This document shows, in pieces, positions 38,979 to 52,266 of a stretch of 64,000 bases of DNA; the stretch's first letter is position 1; each line of letters starts with the position of its first letter. This DNA is from Anthoceros angustus (Eukaryota > Plantae > Anthocerotophyta): NCBI GenBank assembly GCA_010909165.1, contig VJWM01000044.1, forward strand, positions 496,001 through 560,000, given 5' to 3'. The position numbers were made by a program, and so were the translations under genes. Below the pieces are notes generated by a model. It searched no databases. It saw only the letters and a list, made by a program, of their open reading frames with translations, and was not told the origin of the DNA.

Positions 38979-40807
38979 ATGGCATCCGTGGAGAAGATGA
39001 CGGAGGGGGCCTCCATTGCGGCGAGTGTAGAGAAAGTGAGCGCCTTCACCTCGGCGAGCGTGCAGACCGGCCCGGGCCCGGGCCCCGCCGGCATTTTGGT
39101 GCACCAGGATGCCCCCCTGTCGCTCACGCATGTGGAGCTGGCGCTCCAGGAGACCAAGGAGCAGAGGGAGCACCGCATCCGCCAGCTCTTCGCCATCTTC
39201 GACACCAGCAAGTCGGGGTACCTGGACCACGGTCACATTGAGGATGTGTTCCGCACGCTCTCCATCCCCGCGCACAACAAGTACGCCAAGGAGCTGCTCA
39301 GCGTGTGCGATTCCAACCAGGACGGCAAGGTGGATTACGACGAGTTCCGCAAGTACATGGACAACAAGGAGCTGGAGCTGTACCGGATCTTCCAAGAGAT
39401 TGACTTGAGGCACAACGGCACAATTGAGCCGGATGAGCTGCGGGAGGCGCTCTTGAGAGCAGGTACATTTCTGCTTGCCCGCCCTTGGGTCTCGTGTTGC
39501 GTGTTTGAGCCAGGGGGTGCGCTTAGTTTACGCTCTCAGGCTGTGTGCAGGGATTCCCATCCAGGACGACCAGCTTGCCATGTTTGTGGACCATGTTGAC
39601 AAGGATAACAATGGGATCATCACCTTCGCGGAATGGAGGGACTTTTTGCTTTTGCTGCCCAATGTGAAAACGCTTTCCAACATATATCAGTACTGGGAGA
39701 AGATTTGTTTGGTTGATATTGGGGAACAAGCCGTCATTCCAGAGGGGATAAGTCGCCAACTGGATGCTTACAAGTATTTCTTTGCCGGTGGAGTTGCTGG
39801 TGCTGTTTCACGAACTGCAACAGCACCTTTGGACAGGCTCAAGGTTCTGCTGCAAGTGCAATCTCATGACCAAGGGCGTGGTGTGATGTCTGGGTTAGCC
39901 AAGATTTACAAGGATAGTGGCTTTGCGGGATTCTTCCGGGGGAATGGGCTCAATGTTTTTAAAGTAGCCCCCGAGTCGGCCATTAAGTTCTATGCCTATG
40001 AACTGCTCAAGGAGTATGTGGTCAAGGTGGACGGTAGTGGAACCAAAGAAGAAATTGGAACTTGGGGACGTTTCGTGGCAGGAGGAGCCGCTGGAGCGAT
40101 TGCTCAAACTGTAATCTACCCACTGGATGTAGTCAAGACCAGGCTTCAAACCTTTCGTGCCTCCGATGGCACAGCCCCGCCCCTGATGCGCTTGTCTCAT
40201 GATATTTGGGTTCATGAAGGTCCCAGAGCCATGTACAGGGGTCTTGTTCCATCTCTACTTGGCATGATACCGTATGCTGGAATAGACTTGGCTGCGTACG
40301 AGACATTCAAAGACTTGTCACGCCGATTTTTGCCCAAGGACACAGGTGATCCTCCCTCCTGCTGCTCTTTGCTTGGACATCGCTAAACTTGCACACCCCC
40401 TCTAACTGTTTCTAGTGGATTAATTGCAGAGCCAGGTCCTCTCGTGCAGCTCGCTTGCGGGACTGTTTCAGGAGCCCTTGGAGCAACATGCGTGTACCCT
40501 CTGCAGCTCGTCAGAACAAGGTGATAAGTCTAACCGCTGTGTCTCACTGTAAGATGTTTTCTCCCCTCGGCAGGCAGAGAAAACTTTGTCTGACTGACGT
40601 GCCTGCAGGTTGCAAGCCCAACCTATGAACTCTCCAAACCGGTACAAGGGTATGGGTGATTGCTTCCGGCGCACACTAAAGAAAGAGGGTCTACGGGGCT
40701 TCTACAACGGGCTTGCCCCAAATCTGCTGAAGGTCGCGCCTGCTGCAAGCATCACTTATCTTGTGTACGAGGCTATGAAGAAACAGTTCTCTCTGAATCC
40801 GAACTGA
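38979..40807 (+). CDS. Ca2+-regulated mitochondrial ATP-Mg/Pi carrier (APC/SLC25A24-like), 4 exons
   Basis: Four EF-hands ([36 protein letters not shown]) followed by carrier repeats [18 protein letters not shown] and [11 protein letters not shown]. Confidence 0.95.
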
Positions 40808-41009
40808 GCTAGCTGATGGATTGATTACCTATTAAAGTGAAGTTCGGGCTTCACAAAGCGCTCTGGGGCATTCGCGGGGATAATGTACATCACGCCCTCT
40901 CCGATCCTGGAAAGACTTCTCTTGCAATACTTAACGGAATGGACCGTATGAGTGCAAATGGGAGAGCAAAAGTTCTTCCTTTCGGTTGCCACCTTTACTA
41001 GGGCATCTA

Positions 41010-41562
41010 CAACACGTCACCCTCGGCGTCTCGGAGAAATACAGCATTTTGCAACAAGCACCCTTTCAGCGGTCGTACATGCTAGAAAAGAACCAAACGG
41101 GGTCTTCTGGACTCTGTGCTGCCCTTCTAGGTCTGTTTCCCTTGTTCACCTCCATCATCCACAACAGAAGGATTCGATGACCTCAAGAACGGCACGTCCT
41201 AAAAAGCTCACCAGCCGGACTCCTCGTAGAGCTCTACGAGGATCCTCATCACGTCACGTGGAAGGTGCAGCTACTTTCCTATCCCCATGTAGAGGCAGAC
41301 TTGAACCCAATAGCTTTCCTTCCACCCTAGTCGCTACCACGCCTCCATCTAAGTTTTCTTCAAACTCGCTGTCAAAATTGCTTTCCTCTATGTGCCTGAT
41401 TAGAGGAATTCTACCTCTAGGGCTCGCCAAGGCCTGCAACTGTACACCTTTTTCCACCTTCTTGATTGTCCGAGTCGGGACAATACCAGTCCTATCGGCT
41501 TCCGACCCTTTTGGAGTTGCTGCAGCATTCAGGACTTCACGGATAAGAGACACCCATTGCTC
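41010..41562 (-). pseudogene. Degraded 3' fragment of LAS1 (duplicated segment)
   Basis: SLIREVLNAAATPKGSEADRTG...RHIEESNFDSEFEENLDGG...VAAPST aligns with the LAS1 C-terminus at ~54200-54750, with indels and a stop. Confidence 0.88.
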
Positions 41563-41658
41563 CGTAGTTACGAATAGGTGTTCAGTACTTTATATCGAGA
41601 CGTTCACTTTTTATACGTAAAATATAAATTTAAATTTCTACATGAGAAGCACATAGAG

Positions 41659-42237
41659 AGTAACACCCCCTTTTCGGGGAGGTGGGGCAATCACGCAATT
41701 AGCGACAAAAACGTCACCAGACACTAGTACTAGGCCTCCAAGTAGCTCGCAGTCCTTCCACGGGATGACTCGTAGTCAGCACGTCTGCCGCTGCTGTTTA
41801 TTCCAACAAGAGTCAACAAGAATACATGAGAGATTAAAGAGCTCCCCATCTTTGCCTAAGCTAGGAGCTTAACTCTCTCCCCTCGATCTCCTCCTCAAAG
41901 ACGCCACACTCTAAGCTCCCAAGGCACAGAGGCACTCACCCCTATTCTCACAAGAGTGTAGTTCCCAAGTGCTAGGATCCTTCTAGACATGCTCACACTC
42001 CAGGCTCCCAAAGCCTCTAGGCACCATAGTCCTATCCTCACCCAATGCTAGGATCACAAGCTGTTTTTTCCTCTAGGGCTAGCCTCAATTCCTTTTATAG
42101 GGAGGCTTACATCATTCCCAAAGTAACTGCCTAAAACAGACTTTCTTCCTTAAGCCCTAAGCTAAGTCTTACCAGCACAATTACAACTTACTAAACTAGA
42201 TCCAGGGCTGCATGCCTCTCATGCAAGGCTTCTTACT
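41659..42237 (-). repeat. 3' LTR
   Basis: Direct repeat of 47354-47949; plus-strand ends AGTAACACCCC...TCTTACT. Confidence 0.93.
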
Positions 42238-45200
42238 TTCTCCCCCATTGGGAGAAGAATCATTGTCCTCAATGATAGCCAACGTATCGAGTGATCATCC
42301 AGGATCCTTTCTGAATATCCTCTAACGTTGCCGAAACTGGATCTGAGATCCCACGCAACTTTACCATATAATGTGGTATGATTCCATGTTTGGTAGGCAT
42401 GCTATTCTCTACAAGGAATTCCTCAATTTCCCGCAGTCCTTGATTATGCTGCATGAGAATACTGAACTTCTTCTTATTGATGTCCTCTTTCTCTTTGCGT
42501 GACACAAATGGTTTCAGTAGTAATACATGGAACACATCATGTACAAAAATCCAATCAGGTAGTTGTAACTTGTAAGTCACTTCTCCAATGCGCTTCAAAA
42601 CTACAAATGGACCACCATATCTTGGTCTTAACTTAAGAGTTAGTTCTTGAGGTAATGGAAAATGCTTCAATTTCACCCATACTTTATCCCCAACGTTGAA
42701 TAAAGTTTCTCTCCTGTGCCTATCAGCATATTTCTTCTTACGTGCTTGAGCCTTGGCTAAAATTCCTTTGGCAATCTCATGTCTAGCCTTCAAATGCTCA
42801 ATGAATCGGCGTGGATCTCTAGTGGCAGTGTCAAAAACTTCAGCATTTAGCATGGATACCACGTCCAGTGCTGAATTTCCTCCAATCTCAAAAGGACTAT
42901 ATCCCAAAGAGCTGTGTGCAGTGTTGTTATAACAAAATTCTGCATCATTTGGATGATCAGTCCAATCCCTCTTATCAATTTGCACATAATGTTTTAAGTA
43001 TTCTTCTTGGATTCGGTTGACTCGCTTAGTTGAGCCATCAGTATCTGGATGGTAAGCTGTGCTCATACATAATTCCACATTCAAGGTTCTCATCAAATGC
43101 TGCCAAAATTCTCTTGTGAACCTTGGATCCTTGTCACTAACAATCTGCATAGGCAAGCCATGGTACTTGTACACACACTTCTTAAACAAACTGCCTACCT
43201 CAGAAGCTGTCACTCGCTTCTTTGTAGGGATGAAATATGCTTCTTTGGTGAATCTATCCACCACTGTCAGAATAGCTGTACAACCATTACTGGGTGGCAA
43301 AGGCATGATGAAATCCATAAAGATACTTCATGGTCCACTAGGAATAGGTAGAGGTTGTAGCAAACCTCTTGGTTTAGCTTGCTCCACCTTATCCTGTTGA
43401 CAAACAGCACATGCCTTAACATAATCCACTGTATCCTGATACATTCCTGGCCAGTAAAACAGCTTCCTTAGCTTCTCATAAGTGGGATCAATTCCACGGT
43501 GACTTGCACTTGGCACATCATGACATTCAACAAGCAATTTGCTCTTCCCAAGAGATAATGTCTCATATCTTCAGACAATGAATGACAACAGTCATTTCCT
43601 TCTCGTAGGTGGGATACTTCAATTCATAATGATACAATTTCCTTGACTCAAAAGCTATCAGCTTATGATCTTGCATCAACACTCCACCTATGGCCACGTC
43701 TGAGGCATCGCTGTACACTTTCACATCCTTCTTGGGATTATACATTTCTAATACTAGAGTAGTACTCAATTTCATCTTCAAGTATTCAAATGCTGCTTGA
43801 CATTGAGCATCCCATTTCCAAGCTTTCGTCAAGAGGTCAGTTATGGGGCCTTAACTTAAGAGTTAATCCTTGAGGTAATGGAAAATGCTTCAATTTCACC
43901 CATACTTTATCCCCAACGTTGAATAAAGTTTCTCTCCTGATATTTCTTACGTGCTTGAGCCTTGGCTAAAATTCCTTTGGCAATCTCATGCCTAGCCTTC
44001 AAATGCTCAATGAATCGTGGATCTCTAGTGGCAGTGTCAAAAACTTCAGCATTTAGCATGGATACCACGTCCGTCTTGAATTCCTCCATCTCAAAAGGAC
44101 TACATCCAAAGAGTCAGCGTGTTGTTATAACAAAATTACGCATCATTTGGATGATCACCAATCCCTCGATCAATTTGCACATAATGCCTTAAGTATTCTT
44201 CTTGGATTCGGTTGACTCGCTAGTTGAGCCATCAGTATCCGGATGGTAAGCTGTGCTCATACATAATTCCACATTCAAGCATTTCATCAAATGCTGCCAA
44301 AATTCTCTTGTGAACCTTGGATCCTTGTCACTCACAATCTGCATAGGTAAGCCATGGTACTTGTATATATACTTCTTAAACAAGCCTACCTCGTGTCGCC
44401 ACCGCTTCTTTGTAGGGATGAAATGTGCTTGTTTGGTGAATCTATCCACCACGCCAATAGTCAGTAACCATTCGGGTGGCAAAGGCATGATGAAATCCAT
44501 AGAGATACTCTTCCAAGGTCCACTTGGAATAGGTAGAGGTTGTAGCAAACCTCTTGGTTTAGCTTGCTCCACCTTATCGCTGACAAACGACATGCCTTAA
44601 CATAATCCAGTATCCTCGATACATTCTCGCCAAGAAGCAGCTTCCTTAGCTTCTCATAAGTGGGATCAATTCCACGGTGACTTGCACTTGGCACATCATG
44701 ACATTCAACAAGCAATTTGCTCTTCCCAAGAGATAATGTCTCATATCTTCAGACAATGAATGACAACAGTCATTTCCTTCTCGTAGGTGGGATACTTCAA
44801 TTCATAATGATACAATTTCCTTGACTCAAAAGCTATCACATGATCTTGCATCAACACTCCACCCATGGCCACGCCCCGAGGCATCGCAGACACTTTCACA
44901 TCCTTCTTGGGATTATACATTTCTAATACTAGAGTAGTACTCAATTTCATCTTCAAGTATTCAAATGTCGCTTGACATTGAGCATCCCATTTCCAAGCTT
45001 TCGCCAAGAGGTCGCTTATGGGGCCTGTTAACTTAGCAAACATATGTACAAATCTCTTGTACATAGAAGTCAAACCCATGAACCATGAACCTCATGAATG
45101 TTTATAGGAGGTTACCAATCTTGAATGGCTCTCACCTTATCGGGATCCATTCTAATGCCATCAACGAGACAATGAATGACAATCATTTCCTTCTCGTAGG

Positions 45201-47353
45201 TGGGATACTTCAATTCATAATGATACAATTTCCTTGACTCAAAAGCTATCAGCTTATGATCTTGCATCAACACTCCACCTATGGCCACGCCCCGAGGCAT
45301 CAGACACTTTCACATCCTTCTTGGGATTATACATTTCTAATACTAGAGTAGTACTCAATTTCATCTTCAAGTATTCAAATGCTGCTTGACATTGAGCATC
45401 CCATTTCCAAGCTTTCGTCAAGAGGTCAGTTATGGGGCCTGTTAACTTAGCAAACATATGTACAAATCTCTTGTACATAGAAGTCAAACCCATGAAACTG
45501 CGAACCTCATGAATGTTTATAGGAGGTTACCAATCTTGAATGGCTCTCACCTTATCAGGATCCATTCTAATGCCATCAACAGAGACAATAAACCCTAAGA
45601 AAGCTACCTGTGTCTTGACAAAGTCACACTTCTTAATTGCCAAGAAGAAAGAATTCTCTCTTAGCTTTTGTAACACTTCACTTAAGTGTTCAGTATGTTC
45701 CTCCAAGGTATGGCTAAAGATTAATATGTCATCTAGATAGATTCCAACACACTTATCCACCAGCGATTCTGATCTGATAGTACCCCGTCATCAGATCTAG
45801 CTTGGTGAAATACTATGCACCTTCAACCTGTCAAATATATCATCCATTCTTGGCAAAGGATACGCATTCTTAACTGTAATTTGATTCAGAGCACTGTAAT
45901 CTAAACACATTCTTAGTCCTCCATTCTTTTTGCGTGTAAACAATACCAACGCACCAAAAGGAGACTTACAGACTCTGATATATCCCTTTGCTAGCAAGTT
46001 GGATAGTTATCGCTTGAGTTCCTCCAGCTCATCCTGCGACAATCTATATGGTGCTCTCGACGGAGGCGTACTCCCTGGCCTCAATTCAATCTCATAATCT
46101 ACTACTCTGCGAGACGGTAAAGGTGGTAGTTCATCAGGCATCAAATCCTTAAAATCATACAAGACAGTTTGTATTCCCTTCGGGATGTCTTCCTTTTTTG
46201 AGGATTCTTCCTCAAGACCATCCTCTAATCCCTGGAGCATAACTAGATAAAGGTTCTTCTTCTATCTTATGTCTTGCTTGAGCTCTCTTTTTGAAATCAA
46301 CTGTACTAAGCACTTCTCAAGCTTCTGACTAAGATTAGCAAAAAACCACCTTGTGCTTTCCATTCTTCAATCTAAGCCATTCATGTGAGTGAATTTAGCA
46401 CAGTCTTACAATGCCCTCATATGCAGGAGGTGGATAAGCTCCACATATTTTATAGTGGACTTAAGAGGTGGGCTCTGGATAGAATTCAAATGACAAAACC
46501 TCAAACGCTGCGAGAGGCTGTTGCAGCTGCAGATGCGATACCAGACACAAGTCGTGCCGAGGAAGCACCAGTGTCTTTTAGAGGAAGGTATCCAAGATCT
46601 TTTCAGGGAAGATCAAGAGGTAGAAGAAGAGCCACCAACACTGTGAATAGTAGAACAAATTATGGGTGGCGGAAAAGGTCCAACAATAACTCTACTTCTA
46701 ACCCATTCATCTTCCCACATATATACATAAGGGCTCCACCTTCCCTTAAAATAGTATCATCCCTGACATTAGATGACTCACCACATGCTGTCACAACAAC
46801 ATGTGGCCATTGGCGTCATTTAGGCTCGCAAAAAACTCCTGAATCCTAAGTCCTGGAGCTTGAGGATTGGCAGCTATTAGATTCAGTTAAGAATTCCTAG
46901 CATGCGGACAATCTTTCACAAAATGTCCCTGCTCTCCACAACTAAAGCACGCACCAAATTGAGGGCCTGTCGTCCTTTGGCTTCCATGGCTACGACCTCT
47001 ATTGGCTCCTCTGCCTCTACCAACATTTTCATTTATTCCACTATTCCTAGTGTTGGTGGCTCTTTCTCTACCTCTTGATCTTCCCTGAAAAGATCTTGGA
47101 TACCTTCCTCTAAAAGACACTAGTGCTTCCTCGGCACGACTTGTGTCAAGTATCGCATCTGCAGCTGCAACAGCCTCTCACAGCATTTGAGGTTTTGTCA
47201 TTTGAATTCTATTCATTTGAGGTTTTGTCATTTTAATAGCTGTATCTCTTTCTTCCGCTGTATTCTCTCTACTCTGCCTGGCTCTTCAGGATCGGCCATC
47301 TCTAGCTAGCGCCCTAGCTAAAAGATGCTTCAACCTTGAGCTCTGATACCACA

Positions 47354-47949
47354 AGTAACACCCCCTTTTTCGGGGAGGTGGGGCAGTCACGCAATTAGCG
47401 ACAAAAACATCACCAGACACTAGTACTAGGCCTCCAAGTAGCTCGCAGTCCTTCCACGGGATGACTCGTAGTCAGCACGTCTGCCGCTGCTGTTTATTCC
47501 AACAAGAGTCAACAAGAATACATGGGAGATTAAAGAGCTCCCCATCTTTGCCTAAGCTAGGAGCTTAACTCTCTCCCCTCGATCTCCTCCTCAAATAGCT
47601 CTCCTGCAGTACGCTCACACTCTAAGCTCCCAAGGCCTGTAGGCACCTCACCCCTATTCTCACAAGAGTGTAGTTCCCAAGTGCTAGGATCCTTCTAGAC
47701 ATGCTCACACTCCAGGCTCCCAAAGCCTCTAGGCACCATAGTCCTATCCTCACCCAATGCTAGGATCACAAGATGTTTTTTCCTCTAGGGCTAGCCTCAA
47801 CTCTTTTTATAGGGAGGCTTACATCATTCCCAAAGTAACTGCCTAAAGAAGACTTTCTTCTTTAAGCCCTAAGCTAAGTCTTACCACCACAATTACAACT
47901 TACTAAACTAGATCTAGTGCTGCATGCCTCTCATGCAAGGCGTCTTACT
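47354..47949 (-). repeat. 5' LTR (adjacent to PBS)
   Basis: Direct repeat of 41659-42237 with some indels; the PBS lies 2 nt inside it. Confidence 0.93.
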
Positions 47950-48175
47950 TAAAGGCTTTATACAAAATAAAAAAAAATGCAAAGATAGGAAGTCCATCTA
48001 TACCGTGGTGGGGGAAACAAATCACGAAAGAGCCCTTGGCCAAGGAAAATAGTTCTCCCAATTTTCTACCCTCAAGTTGCCCACCACCCCAATTGAATAA
48101 TAATTGAATATACTGCTAGGTAAATATAGAATGCTAATATAGAAAACCAATCAATGAGAATAACTCAATTTAATA

Positions 48176-48318
48176 GCTGTATCAATTATTACGATAACCT
48201 ACAACATGATTTATTTTCACCTTGCATGATAACATTTGCCCCTTGACCAGGGGCTGTATCAATTATTACGATAACCTACAACATGATTTATTTTCACCTT
48301 GCATGATAACATTTGCCC
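48176..48318. repeat. ~77-bp tandem duplication
   Basis: gctgtatcaattattacgataacctacaacatgatttattttcaccttgcatgataacatttgccc occurs twice. Confidence 0.9.
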
Positions 48319-48825
48319 GTTGGCAAGGGGCGGTATACGACAGACATAATAGGTTAACCACTAGGGAACAAAAGGCAAGGGAAATGATGGCTGGGCACAA
48401 GGGTTTTTGTGGGGAATGTTAGGTAAAGAAAAGAATGGCCAAGGCACATGGGTTTGGTTATTTCCGTGTGTCTAGACCACTTGGGTGTCTTTGGTCACGA
48501 AATTCTTTAATAATAATAATTTCTTGGTATTTTTAAATTTTAATTGATTTAACGAGTTTTATAATTTAATTAAAATAATCTATTATCATAAAAATATCTT
48601 ATGCAAATCACCAGATTAAGTAGAGAAATTTAAAACCTTAGAAATATTTTGATAGATCAACAACAAACATTGATAGAAGAAGAAGAAGAATTTTATTTAA
48701 GTCCACTAAGGACGGATTTCCGTCATGGGACTTGGTACTTAACAACTTGTACCATGGTGTGCCTAAGCTACTTGCACCAAGGGCATCCACTCCCTTTAAG
48801 CACCCTATCTAAGTACCGATCTAAG

Positions 48826-48972
48826 CTCAGGATACTTAATCACGACGTTCTTATAAATGTGTGTTGGCCTAAGCCATTTGGACACACATTTATAAGAACT
48901 CAGGATACTTAATCACGACGTTCTTATAAATGTGTGTTGGCCTAAGCCATTTGGACACACATTTATAAGAAC
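48826..48972. repeat. 73-bp tandem duplication, each unit with a perfect 18-bp hairpin
   Basis: gttcttataaatgtgtgt-17nt-acacacatttataagaac at 48847-48899 and 48920-48972. Confidence 0.9.
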
Positions 48973-49374
48973 AGCAACAGCTCCGAAACTGGAGAGGTAT
49001 CTACTCGTTTGCAAAAAGTACCAACTTATTTTATGGTACTTATCGGTACTGAAATGTATTAGGAGAAGTATGGATCTAAGAACGGTAGAAATAGTGTAGG
49101 GCAAGTCTTTGGCATCAGAATAAAGTGTATTCAGTGGTAGAAACCTAAAACCTAGCTTGGCTTGCGTGTCCCGTCTACGTAAATTCTTTTCATGTTCTCT
49201 TACGCCGGAACGAAAGGAAGTAGTTGGAGGTGTCGGCGCAGGTCTTCTGACCGGCAGCCTCGCGCACCTCCTTTTCACGCTCCGAGAGGTGCGCGCAGGG
49301 AGGAAAGGCTCCCTGCCGCCGCCTGCACTAGGCGGCGCCATTCCCCAGCTTGGCGGAGGTCGGAAATATGAAAA

Positions 49375-50185
49375 GGCAGAAGAAGAGGAGGAAAACCCAG
49401 TGAAAGCCAAGCTTCATCCTGTATGTATGTATGTAAAGGCCACACCTCCTCCTGTTTGTCAAGGCTAAGCCTCCTCCTGTGAAGGCGAAGGACAAGCCGG
49501 CGGTGGAGGCTAAGCCACCATTGAAGCCGGCGGTGGAGGCTAAGCCACCATTGAAGCCGGCGAAGGTGAGTTTCCAACAGGCAAAGAGCTCGGCCGGCGT
49601 GAAAGCTAGGGCCCTGTCCACGGAAGAACTGGCGGTCCCCAGCCAGAAGACGGGACGCGAGGCGAGCGTGGGCAACATCAGCACAACGCTCTGCGATACC
49701 TTCGGACAGGAGTTGAGCAGGAACGTGACGGCCTTCTTGAGCAATCAGGTGCAGCCCAGTCCGGGGATGCCGCGGCGCACAGCCTGGCCCAGCACGAGCC
49801 ACGAAAACAAGAAGCCCGAGAGCTGGGAAGCTGGAGGATGAAGGGAAAGGCAGTGACCGTGGCGGTCGCAAAGGGTCTCCCACCCGATGCGGGTGGCAGA
49901 CGACAATGGCAATTCTTGTGAGCGGCTGTGAGTCCTTTCTTGTGACCTCGCAGCCGACGGGAATGCCACTGGCAACCCCAAGGCCGCCTACGGGGAGCTC
50001 ACTAACGCCATCCTGCAGAGCCATTCAGCAGACTCTGGCTTGCACGGACGGCTCCATCATCGGCAGGGAGCTCGTCAAAACCGCTCGCCTGTACATCAAA
50101 CTTAACACACGACGAGAACGCAGACTTCATCTGCGAATACACTAGGACACACGACGAGAAAGCAAACTTTATCTGCAAAAGTGTG
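49375..50185 (+). pseudogene. 5'-truncated, frameshifted metacaspase copy (inverted duplicate of 61191-61880)
   Basis: KPAKVSFQQ..VKARALSTEEL..SQKTGR..SVGNI; [10 protein letters not shown]; [19 protein letters not shown]. No His/Cys catalytic p20 domain. Confidence 0.9.
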
Positions 50186-50826
50186 CGTAGCCTGAATTTC
50201 AGCACCAATTTCCTTCCCTGTGCAATATTCAACTGCGATCAGCGGATCTGTAAACTAAGTCACGTTTTGTGACTTGATCAAAGCTTGTCACATATTTCCT
50301 CTTCCTTGCAATAGGTGACAGTCACAGAAAAATAGGACGCCTCCACCTTCCTTTCCTGAGCTTCCCAGGTTCTGCAATGACAAGTTAGAATCAAAAGACA
50401 GAATAACAAGTGAAACCTTCATGGACCAAAAGATCAAATAACAGGTGAAACCTGAAGGTGGACGAGAGGCCGCGTCCAATGCAGGATATGACAGTCAGAG
50501 TGGTGCCACTGCCAAACTCGGTTTCCAAGGGCCACAGTAACATACAGGCACCAGAAGTGATACAACGCTGCCTTCCGAATTCGAATAGAAGATGCCGGTG
50601 AATTGCATCTATACTCCACTAGGGGTAAAATTTGTATATCCAGTATCAGCTGAAGCAAGACAAAGGGGATGGATGATGAGCAGCCTACAGGTAGAAGGGA
50701 TTGGACATCACAAGTCGATGCAAAAAGGAGGGAGGCAAATACAGCTGTTGGATGGAAGCAGCAGCAGCAGCCAGTGAAGCTAGATCTCACCTAAAAACAG
50801 CCAAGAGTTGGAGAGGTGGCCATCAA

Positions 50827-51654
50827 TCATCCCACAGCTCTCTGGTGGCCTGCGGATCGGTAGCACGCCCTCTTGGCAGCCCGAACGATATCCTCAATCT
50901 GCGGAACAGCAAGGCGCTCCAAGTTGGCAGCGTAGGGCATCGGGATGTCGGCCTCGGCAATCCGCTCCACGGGAGCGTCCAAGTACTCGAAGCTGTCGTC
51001 CACGACGGTAGCGCAGATCTCCGCACCGACGCCGTGCTGCGGCCATCCCTCCTCCACAGTCACCAGGCGGGAGGTCTTGCGCACGGAGGCGTTGATGGCG
51101 TGGCGGTCCAGCGGCCGGATGCTCCGCAAATTCAACACCTCGGCGCTGATGCCGTCCGTAGCCAGCTCCTCCGCGGCCTTGAGCGAAAAGCCTACCATCT
51201 TGGAAAAAGCCACAATGGTAACATCCGTGCCCTCTCGCTCCACCTTGGCCTGGCCGATGGCAAGCGTGAAGCTGGGATCCAGCGCCTGCTGCGACACCGG
51301 GAAGCTCTCCCCGTACAGAATCTCGTTCTCCAGAAACACCACGGGGTCGGGATCCCTGATGGCGGCCTTGGCCGCTCCCACCCCGATTCCTGTGAACCCC
51401 GCCTCCTTGATGGGAGTGTCCAGCACCCGTGCAGGCCCGAACTTCTGCAGCAGGCCCTTGGTGACCTTGTACGCCCCCTGGTACTCTCCCACCTCTTCTC
51501 CCATGACGAACACCGTGGGATCCGCCGCCATCTCCTCCTCCAGCGCCGTGTTGAGTGCATCTCTGACACTCATCTCCCCGCTCGCCGCCGCAAACCCCCT
51601 GCATTTCCCCGCGGCCGCCACTCTCCGCCCGACCGCCACAGCCGCCCGTCGCAT
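50827..51654 (-). pseudogene. PDH E1-beta duplicate with an in-frame 261-nt deletion
   Basis: Near-identical to 59260-60357 but reads GIGVGAA|KAAIRDPDP, lacking 87 codons (FYGLRP...EDARGLL). An extra base puts the first ATG out of frame. Confidence 0.9.
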
Positions 51655-52266
51655 TCGCCATTGCCATTGCCACTCAGCGCGCTCCGAGGGCCAGCCACGT
51701 GCCAAACACAAAGCCACCTGGTGTCGGCAAGCCACGTGTCAACAACAACGCCCGCTGAGTAATGTCTTACCTTCGCCAAGTTTCCCGTGGGCCTCCGATT
51801 CACCACCTCAACACTACCCTAGTATCCATCACCATCCCATACAACAGTAAACAGCACAAGTACAAACGCGATTCACCTGCTCAACACTGCCCCAATCACG
51901 ATATACACTCAACAATCGACTGCGCAAGTATAAAGGATCAAACTAAACTAGAACACAGCTCTAACGGCCTTTACATGGGGGAGTAGGTTACACTAATTAG
52001 GAATCTAACATAATATACTTAATATAGTGCTCTGAAAAAATGACAGAATTTATCTAGGTTCCTACCCGGTTTGACACTTGTAGGTACTCAAACCTAGGTC
52101 TTACATAAATTTTTTTTCTATTTTAAAATCTCTATCAAAATAACTAGAAGTAACTATAGTACAATTATAATATTATAAATCCTAGCTAGACAATGATGTA
52201 GATGGCCATTTCACAAAACTGCCGAGGGGATTCTTTTATGGGATAAGACTTGGCCCATGGTACATG

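Larger units (their letters stand above)
41659..47949 (-). mobile_element. Ty3/Gypsy LTR retrotransposon (chromovirus-like), internally rearranged and defective
   Basis: Two ~580-600 bp LTRs. PBS TGGTATCAGAGC (tRNA-iMet) at ~47340-47351; PPT next to 42238. Gag knuckle CFSCGEQGHFVKDCP, RT PPSRAPYR...LRMCLDY...YLDD, RNase H SDAS..IGGVL, integrase MDFI..VVDRFTK..IVSDKD, GPF/Y motif, and a degenerate chromodomain-like YMVKLRG. Order PR-RT-RH-IN. TSD TAGAG/TAAAG. Confidence 0.95.
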
